Origin: an uncultured virus (IMG/VR IMGVR_UViG_3300009838_000017)
Taxonomy: Duplodnaviria > Heunggongvirae > Uroviricota > Caudoviricetes
DNA length: 64,000 nucleotides
Virus record (IMG/VR): IMGVR_UViG_3300009838_000017
Coordinates: 1-64,000 of that record
Direction: 5' to 3' (one strand)
Shown: positions 36,784-46,637 of the stretch, piece by piece
Position numbering within the stretch: the stretch's first letter is position 1
Layout of the letters: every line of letters begins with the position of its first letter
The notes under the pieces: model-generated
Told to the model about the DNA's origin: nothing
The model's database searches: none
What the model saw: the letters and a program-made list of their open reading frames with translations, nothing else
Translations under genes and position numbers: made by a program

Positions 36784-39700
36784 AGGTTCTTACTCCTCAT
36801 GAGAACCTTGAAAGTATCCGGATTTATTCGGATTCCTTGCGACGGGTCGATCAGGATCTCATTGTTGCTCTGGTCGTAGAGTTGAAGGAGCCGACCCTCT
36901 GGGTCATGGCTCTCGATGCACACAGATGCAACCTGCCTCACGGTATCTGAGGTGAGTAGGTTCAGGCCGTAGGAGAAAACATCAACCCTCTTCCCATTGC
37001 CGTTCGTCTTGGGTGGGACCTGTGAGGGTCGGGCTGGCTGGGCCTGTACTGGGGCTGAGGGAGCCACTGATGTCGGAGCTGGGGGGGCCTTCGGAGTCGC
37101 TTCCTTGGGGGTCTCTGGGGCCTGAGTTGGAACCTGGACCGGGGGGGCCACCGGGTCCGAGGGTAGTTGAGGGGCGGGCTTCTCACCAGACCGCATGTAG
37201 TCCGGCGTGATATGGCCCTCCAACCACTTGGGGATTGGCTGATACCACCGGTCCCCTACTTGGATGTCGTTCTTCCCTGGCTTCTTCCCCTTCTCAGGGA
37301 TGTAGCCCTTCATGATCTTGTGGTAGTCGTACTTCGGGTCCCAGTGTAGGTCGAGAAGGGGCTCCACCTCCAGTTGGACATCCCACTTCGGAACCGCCAT
37401 TCGACCAGGGGCGGTCATCAGGTGCTCGATGACTGGCATGACCTCCATGAGGGCTTCGTGCTTCACCTCGAAGACGATTTCGTCATGGACCGTGAGCATG
37501 AACCGAGCGGTAGCGTTCTGGACCCAACCCCGACGCCAGAACTCCTTGTACAGGAGAACCATGGCGATCTTCATGATATCGGCGCCTGAGCCCTGGATCG
37601 GGTAGTTCAGGGAGTAGCGCTCACAGGCAGCCGCAATAGCCTTGTCCGGGCTGTTTGCATCGGGTACCGCCATCCAGCGACCGAAGGCTGTGAAGACCCC
37701 GCAATCCTTCTTGACCTTCTGCTTCTGGGCCTTGACCCACTCGGCAAACTGGGGGAGGGACTTGTCGAAGTTGGCCTTACGGCGGGCAGCTTCTTGCTGG
37801 GTACACTTGGTAGCCCGCATGATTGCCATGGTTCCACCCCCGTACACGAGGGAGAAGTTGGCGCTCTTGCCCATCTGCCGTTGCTGCTTGGTGATCTCCG
37901 GCCCGAAGAAAGCCTTGGCCGTGATGGTGTGGAGGTCTCCGGTACCCTCGTTGAACTCCTTGATCCAGACGGGTTCCTTCGAGAGGTTGGTGACAATGCG
38001 AAGCTCTTCACCAGCAAAGTCCACCTTGACCATCGTGTAGCCATCTCGGGCTACGAAGGCCCGACGAAGGGCCGTTGCTACCTTGGGCTTCTTCTCGTCA
38101 TAGGTGGCTGGGATCCCGTGGATGGGGATCCCTCCGTACCCATGCTCTGGGTCCCCAGCAGGGGCCGTGAAGCGTCCTGTCGGTGCCCCGGTCTGCTTGA
38201 ACTGATACCTCAACTCTGAGTTGGAGTCACAGTTGTTCAGCATCCCTTCGAGATAGGTGCCGATGACTTTCTCGACCTGACGGTACTTGACGATAGTCAG
38301 GAGCACCGAGTTGATGTCAGGGTGGTCCTCAACCAGCTTTTCGAGGGTGTCAGCGTCAGTCTTGTATTGCCCAGACTTCTCGTTCTTGTCCGGTTTCGGC
38401 TCGATGTTGAGCCCAGAGGGGTGGTTGAACAAGAACTCACTGAGCTGCTGGGTCGAGTTCGGGTCGAAATTGGCCCAACCCATCTGGTTAGCCAGTTCGA
38501 GAATCTGCTGGCGATACCCATCAGCCTCAGCCCGAGCCTCTGTGAAGAGGCTCCGAACATACTCGTGATCGATCTTGATCCGGTGACGCTCCATCCACCG
38601 AAGCACCTGGGCCACCTGCTTTTCCAAGCGATAGGTGTTGGCGTACTTCTTGTCCCGAATCGTCGAGAGAAGCACCGGGTTGTCACAGTGAAGGAAGGTG
38701 CAGATGGCATCCGAACAGGCGTACCTTCTGGCCTCCTCTGGACTCAGGCTGGCAAAGTCGATCTTCCTCCCCCGAAGGAAAAGCTCCTTCAGCTCGATCA
38801 TCTTGTAGGGGATGGTCCCGCCCTTGGGGTCCTCCTTGACGATCTCCTGAAGGGGGTTCTTGTGGTCCTTGAGGATGTGGCCTCGAACTGGGGTGCCATT
38901 CTTGTCGAGGACGACCAGCTTCTCTTCACTCTTGTGCTTGAGTCCAAGACCCTTGTCCCCAGTGAAGATGCAGTAGTAGATGAGAAGGGAGTCCTCGAAG
39001 GAGTCTGGGTGCCAGTAGTCAATGCCCGTAACCGGAAACAGGAACTCCTGGTCGAACTTCGCATGGTGGAAGTAAATCTTGACCCGAGGAGGCTTCTGGA
39101 AGATCGGGCTCGCAAGAGGGTCCACCTTGGCTCCCTCAGGGGATAGGACAGGTTGGGCAGCCAAGCACAGCTTCTTGATGATCTTCCCAGCTTCGATGGG
39201 GTCGATGTTCTCCTTGGCACTATCCTCCCCGCTGTGCCTGACAGGAACGTAGTACCCAGTGTGCCCATCGTAGCAAAGGCAGTAACCCACGATCTTGTGG
39301 ACTGTCTGAGGCACTGAAGGGGGCCGGATGTCCTCCCAGTATTCCTCGATAGGCCCCCGGATCTCGTTCGGGTCACGGTAGTAGATTCGGTTGTCCAAGC
39401 CCTCTGTCTCAAGGTCGAGGGCGCATCGGCCAGCCTTGATGGCCTCCGTTACAATCTGGTCTAGCTGCTCAACGCTAGTTACCACGACAAACTCGTGGTA
39501 AAGCATCCAAGCTCGGACGATGTCCGCTGCTCCCCCCTCTTTCTGAGTCCCCTGTGACTCCATAATGGCCTCGGGGGTCATCACAGGCTCATCGTCATCA
39601 TCCTCTTCGAGGTTCCGATAGGGGACGGCCTGAAGGACCTGAGGTTCATCCACGGGAAGGGGGAGGTCCTCTTCTGCTGTTGCTGGCTCTGTCTCCGGGG

Positions 39701-39911
39701 TTGGACTTTGAGCGGAAGGGTTCTCGATCTGCCCAAGGATAAGGGCCAGATCGTCATCATCTTCAGAAGGCGAGGGCAAGGTGGGTACCTGTTCCTGGAG
39801 TGGTAGCTTGGCGAGTACGGACGAGAGGGACAGGGGGACTATCTCTTCCCCCTGAAGCCACTCAGAGATCCCAAGGACCTCCCCAACTGAAAGAAAATCA
39901 CTCAGCGGCAT
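36780..39911 (-). CDS. polA: Family A DNA polymerase with 3'-5' exonuclease
   Basis: ExoI DLETEG, ExoII HAKFD, ExoIII YACSDA; motif A DFAGEELR, motif B RQMGKSANFSLVYG, motif C VHDE. Confidence 0.93.
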   Translation of the reverse strand: MPLSDFLSVGEVLGISEWLQGEEIVPLSLSSVLAKLPLQEQVPTLPSPSEDDDDLALILGQIENPSAQSPTPETEPATAEEDLPLPVDEPQVLQAVPYRNLEEDDDDEPVMTPEAIMESQGTQKEGGAADIVRAWMLYHEFVVVTSVEQLDQIVTEAIKAGRCALDLETEGLDNRIYYRDPNEIRGPIEEYWEDIRPPSVPQTVHKIVGYCLCYDGHTGYYVPVRHSGEDSAKENIDPIEAGKIIKKLCLAAQPVLSPEGAKVDPLASPIFQKPPRVKIYFHHAKFDQEFLFPVTGIDYWHPDSFEDSLLIYYCIFTGDKGLGLKHKSEEKLVVLDKNGTPVRGHILKDHKNPLQEIVKEDPKGGTIPYKMIELKELFLRGRKIDFASLSPEEARRYACSDAICTFLHCDNPVLLSTIRDKKYANTYRLEKQVAQVLRWMERHRIKIDHEYVRSLFTEARAEADGYRQQILELANQMGWANFDPNSTQQLSEFLFNHPSGLNIEPKPDKNEKSGQYKTDADTLEKLVEDHPDINSVLLTIVKYRQVEKVIGTYLEGMLNNCDSNSELRYQFKQTGAPTGRFTAPAGDPEHGYGGIPIHGIPATYDEKKPKVATALRRAFVARDGYTMVKVDFAGEELRIVTNLSKEPVWIKEFNEGTGDLHTITAKAFFGPEITKQQRQMGKSANFSLVYGGGTMAIMRATKCTQQEAARRKANFDKSLPQFAEWVKAQKQKVKKDCGVFTAFGRWMAVPDANSPDKAIAAACERYSLNYPIQGSGADIMKIAMVLLYKEFWRRGWVQNATARFMLTVHDEIVFEVKHEALMEVMPVIEHLMTAPGRMAVPKWDVQLEVEPLLDLHWDPKYDYHKIMKGYIPEKGKKPGKNDIQVGDRWYQPIPKWLEGHITPDYMRSGEKPAPQLPSDPVAPPVQVPTQAPETPKEATPKAPPAPTSVAPSAPVQAQPARPSQVPPKTNGNGKRVDVFSYGLNLLTSDTVRQVASVCIESHDPEGRLLQLYDQSNNEILIDPSQGIRINPDTFKVLMRSKNL

Positions 39912-40344
39912 GGGTCACCACCACTACGTACACCCCTTCTCGCCACAGCCGAACCAACTCAGCAGCAAGACTTCTGGCGTTGGGATCCTCAATGGTTTCA
40001 GGCTCAAAGCACCACGGCATCTTGGGGTGCGTTGGTATGCAGGTCTTTTTCTGGTAGAAGGGGCAGGGATCCCTTCGGTAGCACAGTTGACTTGGGAGCT
40101 TCCGAATCGCCCCCTCAGGGGGGACCCCGAGGGACTTCACCAGGGGACTGGTCCACCCCCGAAGGGCATGGTCCATCGTCTCCTGGGTAACCACAGTCAG
40201 CAGGCCCGTGACTATCTGTCCTTGGAGGGGTAGCCAATCGGACTCCCACTTGTCCCCATACTGGTAGATGAGAAACAACTCTAGGTCCCCCAGCTCCACT
40301 GTTTTGAGCTTCAGTCTCCTAGCCACCTCTTGTCTTCTCCCCAA
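39898..40344 (-). CDS. Hypothetical protein with Cys cluster
   Basis: C....CP......C......PWC; lies between the primase zinc finger and the polymerase. Confidence 0.65.
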   Translation of the reverse strand: MGRRQEVARRLKLKTVELGDLELFLIYQYGDKWESDWLPLQGQIVTGLLTVVTQETMDHALRGWTSPLVKSLGVPPEGAIRKLPSQLCYRRDPCPFYQKKTCIPTHPKMPWCFEPETIEDPNARSLAAELVRLWREGVYVVVVTHAAE

Positions 40345-40951
40345 TCTTGTTGAGGATGAGCTGTACGTTCCTGTCCGCCAGGTCTACGTCAATGAGCCCA
40401 TGCTTCATCTGGTAATGGAGGTTGTCGAGGAGCTTCCCGATGGTGAGGAACCCCTTGAACTGGAAGCTGGGCTTCGCCAACTTCAGCCGTCGCTCACAGA
40501 CCTCCAGCCGGTCCAGAACGGCCTGCTCCTCGTCTGTAGGCCCCCGAGGACCGTAGTCCCGGCTCATGTCCGGAGCCTCGGGGGTGATGATTCCGAAAGC
40601 CTTTTCCAAGCCGAGGAGGACCGCTGTGAACTTCATCTCCGAGTCCCCGTGGAACTCCTTCCACAGACCGAAGATGTCCCACCTCTTCCGACACACCCAG
40701 CAGTAGACCCCCGAGGGACTGTCCCCCTGGGCCGTGTAGATTCGGGCAGAAGGGTCCTTGTCACCGTGGAAGGGGCAACAAATCTGCTCCTCTCGCTCCC
40801 CACTGAACTTCAGGTCAACCCCGAAGTGCCGGAGAACGTCATGAGCAGAGACGCTAGACTTCAGGGTCTCCTTCCGTTGGTTGACCCAGATGAGGTAGGT
40901 CCCCTTCTGCTGGCTATCCTCGTAAGCCTTTCGGAAGTCCTCTTTCTTCAT
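40319..40951 (-). CDS. Stand-alone DnaG-type CHC2 zinc-binding domain protein
   Basis: CCPFHGDKDPSA...YCWVC...DIF; no TOPRIM domain. Confidence 0.8.
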   Translation of the reverse strand: MKKEDFRKAYEDSQQKGTYLIWVNQRKETLKSSVSAHDVLRHFGVDLKFSGEREEQICCPFHGDKDPSARIYTAQGDSPSGVYCWVCRKRWDIFGLWKEFHGDSEMKFTAVLLGLEKAFGIITPEAPDMSRDYGPRGPTDEEQAVLDRLEVCERRLKLAKPSFQFKGFLTIGKLLDNLHYQMKHGLIDVDLADRNVQLILNKIGEKTRGG

Positions 40952-41163
40952 GCACGGTCCACTACCCTCTCGAACCTGGTTGGGGCTGGAACCTCAAGGC
41001 TCGGTGAAATGGGGCCTAGACGAACAATGCGGCAGTCGCAAGTCACGTAGGTAGTCGAAGCAAAGACCGTTCGGGTGTGTCCGTTCTGAGGGTATCCAGG
41101 CACGGGGTCACCGGCCCGAGATACAACCCTCAGGCCGGTCCCCCCACATAGAAGGCAGCTCAT
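40948..41163 (-). CDS. Small zinc-binding hypothetical protein
   Basis: CLLCGGTG...CDC; ends PTRFERVV. Confidence 0.6.
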   Translation of the reverse strand: MSCLLCGGTGLRVVSRAGDPVPGYPQNGHTRTVFASTTYVTCDCRIVRLGPISPSLEVPAPTRFERVVDRA

Positions 41164-41171
41164 TCCCTCTA

Positions 41172-43931
41172 CTACACCTGGATCTGGAACATCATGTCCT
41201 GAACAGCTCGACTTTCATCCATCGAGAGGCCCTTGTCGTTGGCCCCATGGAACGTCTCGTGATTCAGGATGCGTTGTGTCGGCCAGTGGACGGCTGCCAG
41301 GAAGGGTGCGAAAAACGCTCCGTCTCGACGCTTGAGGCAGTCGAAGAGCACGGTACCTGCTTTTCGGTGGTCCTCGTTCAGGTAGGTGGTGGTGATCACG
41401 TCCGCTGAGCGCTCAGCTTCGTTGGCATAGGAGAGAGCCCTGAGCTTGTAGCGGCCCTCCATCTTGTCAGCGTAGTCCTTGCCGTCTCGGTTGATCTGGA
41501 AGAGCAACAAGACTGGGACCTTCTCACCGTGGTTGAAGTGAAGGGCGAGCTTCTTGGCATCCCGTAGGACTGAGTTCAGCTCGATGGTGTAGTCCTTACC
41601 CCTCTTGCGCTTCCTGGCCTCAACCAGGCCACCGTGGTCGATGACCAGGAGGTGGATCTCCTCCTGCTGGTGCCGGAGTTCCGCCTGCATCTTGATGTCA
41701 TCGGTGGTGACATCCTCATCCGGACCCCAGACATCGAAGGAGCCATACTCCGGGTTGTTGCAGAAGTCCTTGATGACGATCTGGTAGAACGCCTCCTCTT
41801 CAGGAGTCAGAGTTCCAGCACAGACCTTGTCGTAGTCGAGAGGCTTGTAGCCCATCTCCTCGAAGATGGGGTTCTCCGAGTGGATGACGTAGATTTTCTT
41901 GCGGACCTGCTCGTAGGGCATCTCCAACGTGACGTAGTAGACGTTGGAACGGTACCGAGTAACGAGGTTGTAGCACCAGTTCATGGCAAACGTGGTGTTG
42001 TGACTCACGATGTCATTCACCACGAAAGAGTGATGTTTCGGAACAGATAGATCGTAGGTCATCTCCATTCCACGACGGGTGACTGACTTGACCTGCTCCC
42101 AATCCAAGTCCCCATCAAGGGCATGATTGAGGAGGGTGTCCCCCGGTTGAGAGAACTTTCTAGCCCACTCAAGAGTAACTGTTGGACGGTCCTTAGCGAA
42201 CTTGGAGTAGCGATAGTACCCCCGTGACATGGGTACTTTGCGGTCATCTGGAAGAAATACCGACGGAACTACCCTCCCGTCGGTATCTGGAAGCCGACCC
42301 CACAAGACTGCAAACCTGGAGTCTTTGCCCACCACATGGATGGTCTCCACGAACTTTCGCTTTGAGTGGTTGGTGACTACCCGCACCGTGTAGAACGTGT
42401 AGGGCTCACCTTTGTAGGTAGTATCTACCTGGGTGACTGAAGACTGGATACCCAATCGCAAAAGGAGGGACTGGATGTCTGAGCACAGAGTCAAGCTCTT
42501 GGAGGCATAGGTGATGTCATTTCGACGACACGGGGTAGCTCGATCACCCATCTCGTAATCTCCGGTGCAGCATGACCCATCTGTTGACCACAAGGCCCCC
42601 ACTAGGAGGGCTACTTGATTCTCCGGTAAGCCAAACAACTCATTGGGGACTCGCTTGTCCCCAGCACCAAGACCCCAAAGTCCCAGTGAGTCCAGGAGCA
42701 ATCTGACAGGGGACACCATCTCCGAGTTCCCAACTCCCGTGCTGTGGCTCACACGAATGCAAGGAGCCCGGTCGTTTGAAAACTCATCTCTGAACGAAGC
42801 TGTGACGTAGTCCGCAGAACCCTCCTGGAGGCCCATCTCAACGAGGCACTCCTTGAAGTCATCTCGAATGTGCTCATTGGATGCCGTGAACGAGATGTAC
42901 TCCTTGAAGGAGCCGTCACCGAGAAGATAGCCGACGACCTTCACCTCTGCATCTGTGAAGAGTGATGTCTTTGCGGCCACCCGCATCTGACGAGGTACCG
43001 CTACGAAGTCACCTTCATGCAAGTCACCAAGTTCTTTCCACCCAGAGGGGGTGAAGAACTTGTGGTTGCTTGTAGCCCCAACCCTCCGACCGGACGAGAG
43101 ATTGAGGTCAAACACCTCACGAACCCCATTCTGGACCAGATGGGAAGCAGGGGCAGGGAGAAGGTTGAAAGTCTCACCTTCTCGGTCCAAGGCAGTCACA
43201 ACGGGGAGGTCACCAGAAGCGTACAGCTCGGAAAGGCAACGCCTGGTACCTGTCCGGTGGTCAAAGACAGTGGCATCTCCAGGAAGGCACTTCAGCTCAC
43301 CTGTGAAGGCAGCGTGAAGCCAGAGTTCACCCTTCTTGATGCCTCGAATGACCTTGTCGATGTTGTTGAGTCCGCAGAACTTGCCCCAGGCGAGAGCCTT
43401 GTTCGACTTGGCGTCCAGGTACTCATCCCAGACAGCCTGCCCGTCTTCCCGGATGTTCCCCTGGAGACGGGAGTTGTGCTCGTACACGAGAAGCTGATGG
43501 GCACTCTGGGTAAAGTGCAGGATCCCATCCCGAAGGCCCTGCTTCTTCTCATCCCCGATCACGAGGCCCTTGGCGATGATCTCCTGGGCCTCTTTGAGGA
43601 TGGCTAGAGCCTTGATCTTGTTCTGTTCCTCGACCGTCGTGCTGAGAAGGTGGGCGTAGTTCGTCCGGATGTACGCCGTGACCCCATCAAAGTCCTTGAG
43701 TCTCTCCTGAGCCTCGTAGTCCTTCTTGGCTTCAAAATAGTCCGCTACCGTCTGCCGGGCAGGAAGTTCGAGCCTTTGATGGAAGTAGACCTTGGCAAAG
43801 TCGAAGATCCTCTGATCGGCAGGTTGGGTCCACTCAACCTTGGAGGCCAAGAGCTTCTGGAAGTTGGAGACCAGGTTCTCTTGGGTGATGCCCCCATCAA
43901 TGTCGAGAACACTTCGCAGAAGGCCCTTCAT
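41172..43931 (-). CDS. dnaB: DnaB-like replicative helicase containing an intein (mature ~488 aa)
   Basis: GIKKGEL..AAFTGELK/TT, TLEM, LLVIDH, QINR and ERSADVI motifs. Confidence 0.88.
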   Translation of the reverse strand: MKGLLRSVLDIDGGITQENLVSNFQKLLASKVEWTQPADQRIFDFAKVYFHQRLELPARQTVADYFEAKKDYEAQERLKDFDGVTAYIRTNYAHLLSTTVEEQNKIKALAILKEAQEIIAKGLVIGDEKKQGLRDGILHFTQSAHQLLVYEHNSRLQGNIREDGQAVWDEYLDAKSNKALAWGKFCGLNNIDKVIRGIKKGELWLHAAFTGELKCLPGDATVFDHRTGTRRCLSELYASGDLPVVTALDREGETFNLLPAPASHLVQNGVREVFDLNLSSGRRVGATSNHKFFTPSGWKELGDLHEGDFVAVPRQMRVAAKTSLFTDAEVKVVGYLLGDGSFKEYISFTASNEHIRDDFKECLVEMGLQEGSADYVTASFRDEFSNDRAPCIRVSHSTGVGNSEMVSPVRLLLDSLGLWGLGAGDKRVPNELFGLPENQVALLVGALWSTDGSCCTGDYEMGDRATPCRRNDITYASKSLTLCSDIQSLLLRLGIQSSVTQVDTTYKGEPYTFYTVRVVTNHSKRKFVETIHVVGKDSRFAVLWGRLPDTDGRVVPSVFLPDDRKVPMSRGYYRYSKFAKDRPTVTLEWARKFSQPGDTLLNHALDGDLDWEQVKSVTRRGMEMTYDLSVPKHHSFVVNDIVSHNTTFAMNWCYNLVTRYRSNVYYVTLEMPYEQVRKKIYVIHSENPIFEEMGYKPLDYDKVCAGTLTPEEEAFYQIVIKDFCNNPEYGSFDVWGPDEDVTTDDIKMQAELRHQQEEIHLLVIDHGGLVEARKRKRGKDYTIELNSVLRDAKKLALHFNHGEKVPVLLLFQINRDGKDYADKMEGRYKLRALSYANEAERSADVITTTYLNEDHRKAGTVLFDCLKRRDGAFFAPFLAAVHWPTQRILNHETFHGANDKGLSMDESRAVQDMMFQIQV
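41997..43289 (-). mobile_element. Intein with LAGLIDADG endonuclease (431 aa) in the DnaB Walker A
   Basis: Starts CLPGD and ends VSHN, +1 Thr; TSNH block B; VGYLLGDG and GALWSTDG motifs. Confidence 0.93.
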
Positions 43932-44875
43932 TGGTCACCCCCAAAGCCACGACCACCCTTGTACTTCTTCTTGGCTCCCGACCCTGTACCCAGGACAGGA
44001 TCGTTGTTGAGGTCAACCGTTGAAGAGGGGGTCAGGTCTACAGGTGGACCCTTGGGTATCTTCATGCGCTGGGGGACCTGGCGAGGTGGGGGAGGGTCAC
44101 CAGCATCATCCAAAGCAAGCCCCTCTTCGTCCCCTGTTGAAATGGGAGCCCCCTGGTAGCCGGTCTCGATTCGCTTCGGCAAGGGGACCTCTCTCTCGAT
44201 CTTGAGGTCCAACTCCAGGTAGCGTAGGGCAAGGTACTCGGCCAAGTCCTGGCTATAGGCATGGTGCCCCGGTTGGAACCTGCCCGCTTCTTCGTTTGGG
44301 TCAACAATCCAGGTGGGCTTGTTGGCAGCCTGTCGGATGAGAAGGGCCTCTTTCAAAGCCCCTGGGGCAGCCACGTTCTTGTGTCCAAGATACCCAAGCT
44401 GAATGACCACCAAGTCAAAGTCCCCACCGATCAGATCGGCCAGGCTGTTGAAGGTGACAACGTCATCTCGCTTCTTCCTCGCCCGAGCATTGTAGGCTTC
44501 GTTCCCGACGTAGACCGACTTGATTCGCTCATCGGTGACGATCTGGAAGTACCACTGAAAGCTGGTCCTCGACAGAAGGTTGGTTGCCGCCAACTTGAAG
44601 TGGGGGAGGAAATCCTCCCACCTGGCACGGATGAACAAGTTCTCGGTCGTCCGGTCTACAGTTGGCAGACCACCGTCTTTGGCGGGCTCGTACAGCGGAG
44701 AGGAGTAGACCGCTGGGTGAGCGTTCATGATGTCCTTCCCAAGCCGACGCTTCACATTCTTGACGAACGCACAACGGCACTGGAAGGTGTCGAGGCCCTT
44801 TCGGATCATACCCAAACCCCCACAAAGAGTGCAGTTTGGGTCCCCTGGCGAGTAGACAGGTTGGTCTTCGCTCAT
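43928..44875 (-). CDS. Degenerate DnaC/IstB-like protein with N-terminal zinc motif
   Basis: CTLCGG..CRC; DLVVIQLG and R..ANKPTWI resemble DnaC, but Walker A/B are degenerate; adjacent to DnaB. Confidence 0.55.
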   Translation of the reverse strand: MSEDQPVYSPGDPNCTLCGGLGMIRKGLDTFQCRCAFVKNVKRRLGKDIMNAHPAVYSSPLYEPAKDGGLPTVDRTTENLFIRARWEDFLPHFKLAATNLLSRTSFQWYFQIVTDERIKSVYVGNEAYNARARKKRDDVVTFNSLADLIGGDFDLVVIQLGYLGHKNVAAPGALKEALLIRQAANKPTWIVDPNEEAGRFQPGHHAYSQDLAEYLALRYLELDLKIEREVPLPKRIETGYQGAPISTGDEEGLALDDAGDPPPPRQVPQRMKIPKGPPVDLTPSSTVDLNNDPVLGTGSGAKKKYKGGRGFGGDQ

Positions 44876-44897
44876 AGCTACCCCCTATACACCGAGG

Positions 44898-46637
44898 TCA
44901 GCCCCGAGCGTCTTCTTTGATGGAATGCAGCAGTTCCTTGAGGTCACCTTCACCACGCTCGAACTTCAAGGCCCCAACGGCTGCCTCACCGATGATTTGG
45001 TCGATGAGCCCCTTCTTCCGGCGGAGCTTTTGGACGACCTTGTGGTCGATGGTCTCACTCTTCTTGCCCTTCTGACCGGGCCTTCGAGCGATGAGGTGAA
45101 TTGCCAGAACGTTCTGGTGGGGAGACCCGATTCGGATCATTCGGCCAAGGAGTTGGACGTAGTTCCCCCAGCTCCAAGGGGTATCGAAGAAGACCATGGC
45201 GGAGGCCGCCTGAAGGTTGATGGCCTCACTCCCGGCGTCAGTGATGAAGATGACCGAGACCTTGCTGTTGAGGTCCTGGAACTGGTCCTGGGCCTTCTTT
45301 CGGTCAGCCGCCTTGTTCACCTTGCCGGTGATGGCAACACTCCTGATCCCTTCCTTGGCTAGGATCTTCTGAAGGCGTCCCACCAGCTTCTCGAAGCGGG
45401 TGTAGATGATGACCTTCTCACCGTCGAACTCCTCGGTGATGAGGTCCACCAAGGCAGACTCTTTCGAGCTTCGACCCTCGAAGGCATGGTCCCCAACCTC
45501 GTCACCATCTTCAAACTTGAGAAGCCCGAGAGAGTCACAGACCTCCTGGGCGTAGATGAGGCTCGTGAGTTGCTTGGTATCAGTGTAGTCCCGAAGCTCT
45601 CCGTCACCCATCTCCAGGATTCCGGCAAGAGCCTCAGCGTACTTCTTATCCTCAACTGGGGACAGTTCGCAGGTGATCTCTCGGGTGGTGAGAGCCGGGA
45701 GTTCAGTAGAGACAGCGTGCTTGGGTCTCCCGTAGAAGAAAGGGTCGATGGTCTTTCGGAAGTGCTCCAGGTTTCGGTACCCGACCACGATGGGAATCTT
45801 GCCCCCTCCCTTGACCCGCTGAAGCTCGGTGACGCAATAGGTGTCGAGGAAGGCACTCTTGGTGCTGAAGGTCTCCGGTCGGATGACCTTGTAGATGCCG
45901 AAGCCCTCCATCAAGTTGTTTTTGAGGAGGGTTGCCGTGAGACCCCAGACCTTCTTGGCCCTCTGGGAGAGGAACTTGCAGGTCTGGTGGGTCTTCGTGC
46001 TCGGGTTCTTGAATGCCGTGGCCTCATCGAAGATGACCGTGAGCTTCGGGAATCGAAACGTCATGGCATCGAGAAGACCTCGACCCAAGGTCGGCTGGGT
46101 ACCTGGCTTCGACCCAGGAGGGGGAGCCTCCTTCTTGATCCCATGGTCCCAGTCTCGGACCAGGCCGTGGTAGTTCACGATCAAGACTGCTGGGCCTACA
46201 TGCTTCTCCCACGCCTGGTAAGCAGCAATCCGTTGCTGAACAGTACCCGAGGCAATGAACCACTTCACCCCAAGGGTGAACTTGTCGATCTCCGAAGCCC
46301 ACTGCCCGATGGCGGACTTGGGACAGACCACCATGACCTTGTACTCTGGGTCCCGATCCCAGACGTAGCAGAGGGCTCCAAGAGCCTGGACGGTCTTCCC
46401 TAGGCCGGTCCCATCCCCCAGAACCATCCGGGAGACCACCAAGAGGTGGTAGATTCCTTGGGCCTGGTAGTACCTGAGCTTGAGTGGCTGGAGGGTTCCG
46501 TCGAAACCCGTGATGGTCTCACGGAGCATCTTGGTCGGCTTCAGCTCTACGGTCTTGCTCGCTCGAACCTTCTGGAGCTGCTCGTAGACCTGCTTGAACC
46601 GTTCGGCGGGCGAAACAGTGGGTGTAGCTTCGGGCAT
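44898..46637 (-). CDS. SNF2-family helicase/ATPase
   Basis: GDGTGLGKT, FDEAT, LTAT..N, AGSEAINLQ and QLLGRMIRIG motifs. Confidence 0.9.
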   Translation of the reverse strand: MPEATPTVSPAERFKQVYEQLQKVRASKTVELKPTKMLRETITGFDGTLQPLKLRYYQAQGIYHLLVVSRMVLGDGTGLGKTVQALGALCYVWDRDPEYKVMVVCPKSAIGQWASEIDKFTLGVKWFIASGTVQQRIAAYQAWEKHVGPAVLIVNYHGLVRDWDHGIKKEAPPPGSKPGTQPTLGRGLLDAMTFRFPKLTVIFDEATAFKNPSTKTHQTCKFLSQRAKKVWGLTATLLKNNLMEGFGIYKVIRPETFSTKSAFLDTYCVTELQRVKGGGKIPIVVGYRNLEHFRKTIDPFFYGRPKHAVSTELPALTTREITCELSPVEDKKYAEALAGILEMGDGELRDYTDTKQLTSLIYAQEVCDSLGLLKFEDGDEVGDHAFEGRSSKESALVDLITEEFDGEKVIIYTRFEKLVGRLQKILAKEGIRSVAITGKVNKAADRKKAQDQFQDLNSKVSVIFITDAGSEAINLQAASAMVFFDTPWSWGNYVQLLGRMIRIGSPHQNVLAIHLIARRPGQKGKKSETIDHKVVQKLRRKKGLIDQIIGEAAVGALKFERGEGDLKELLHSIKEDARG

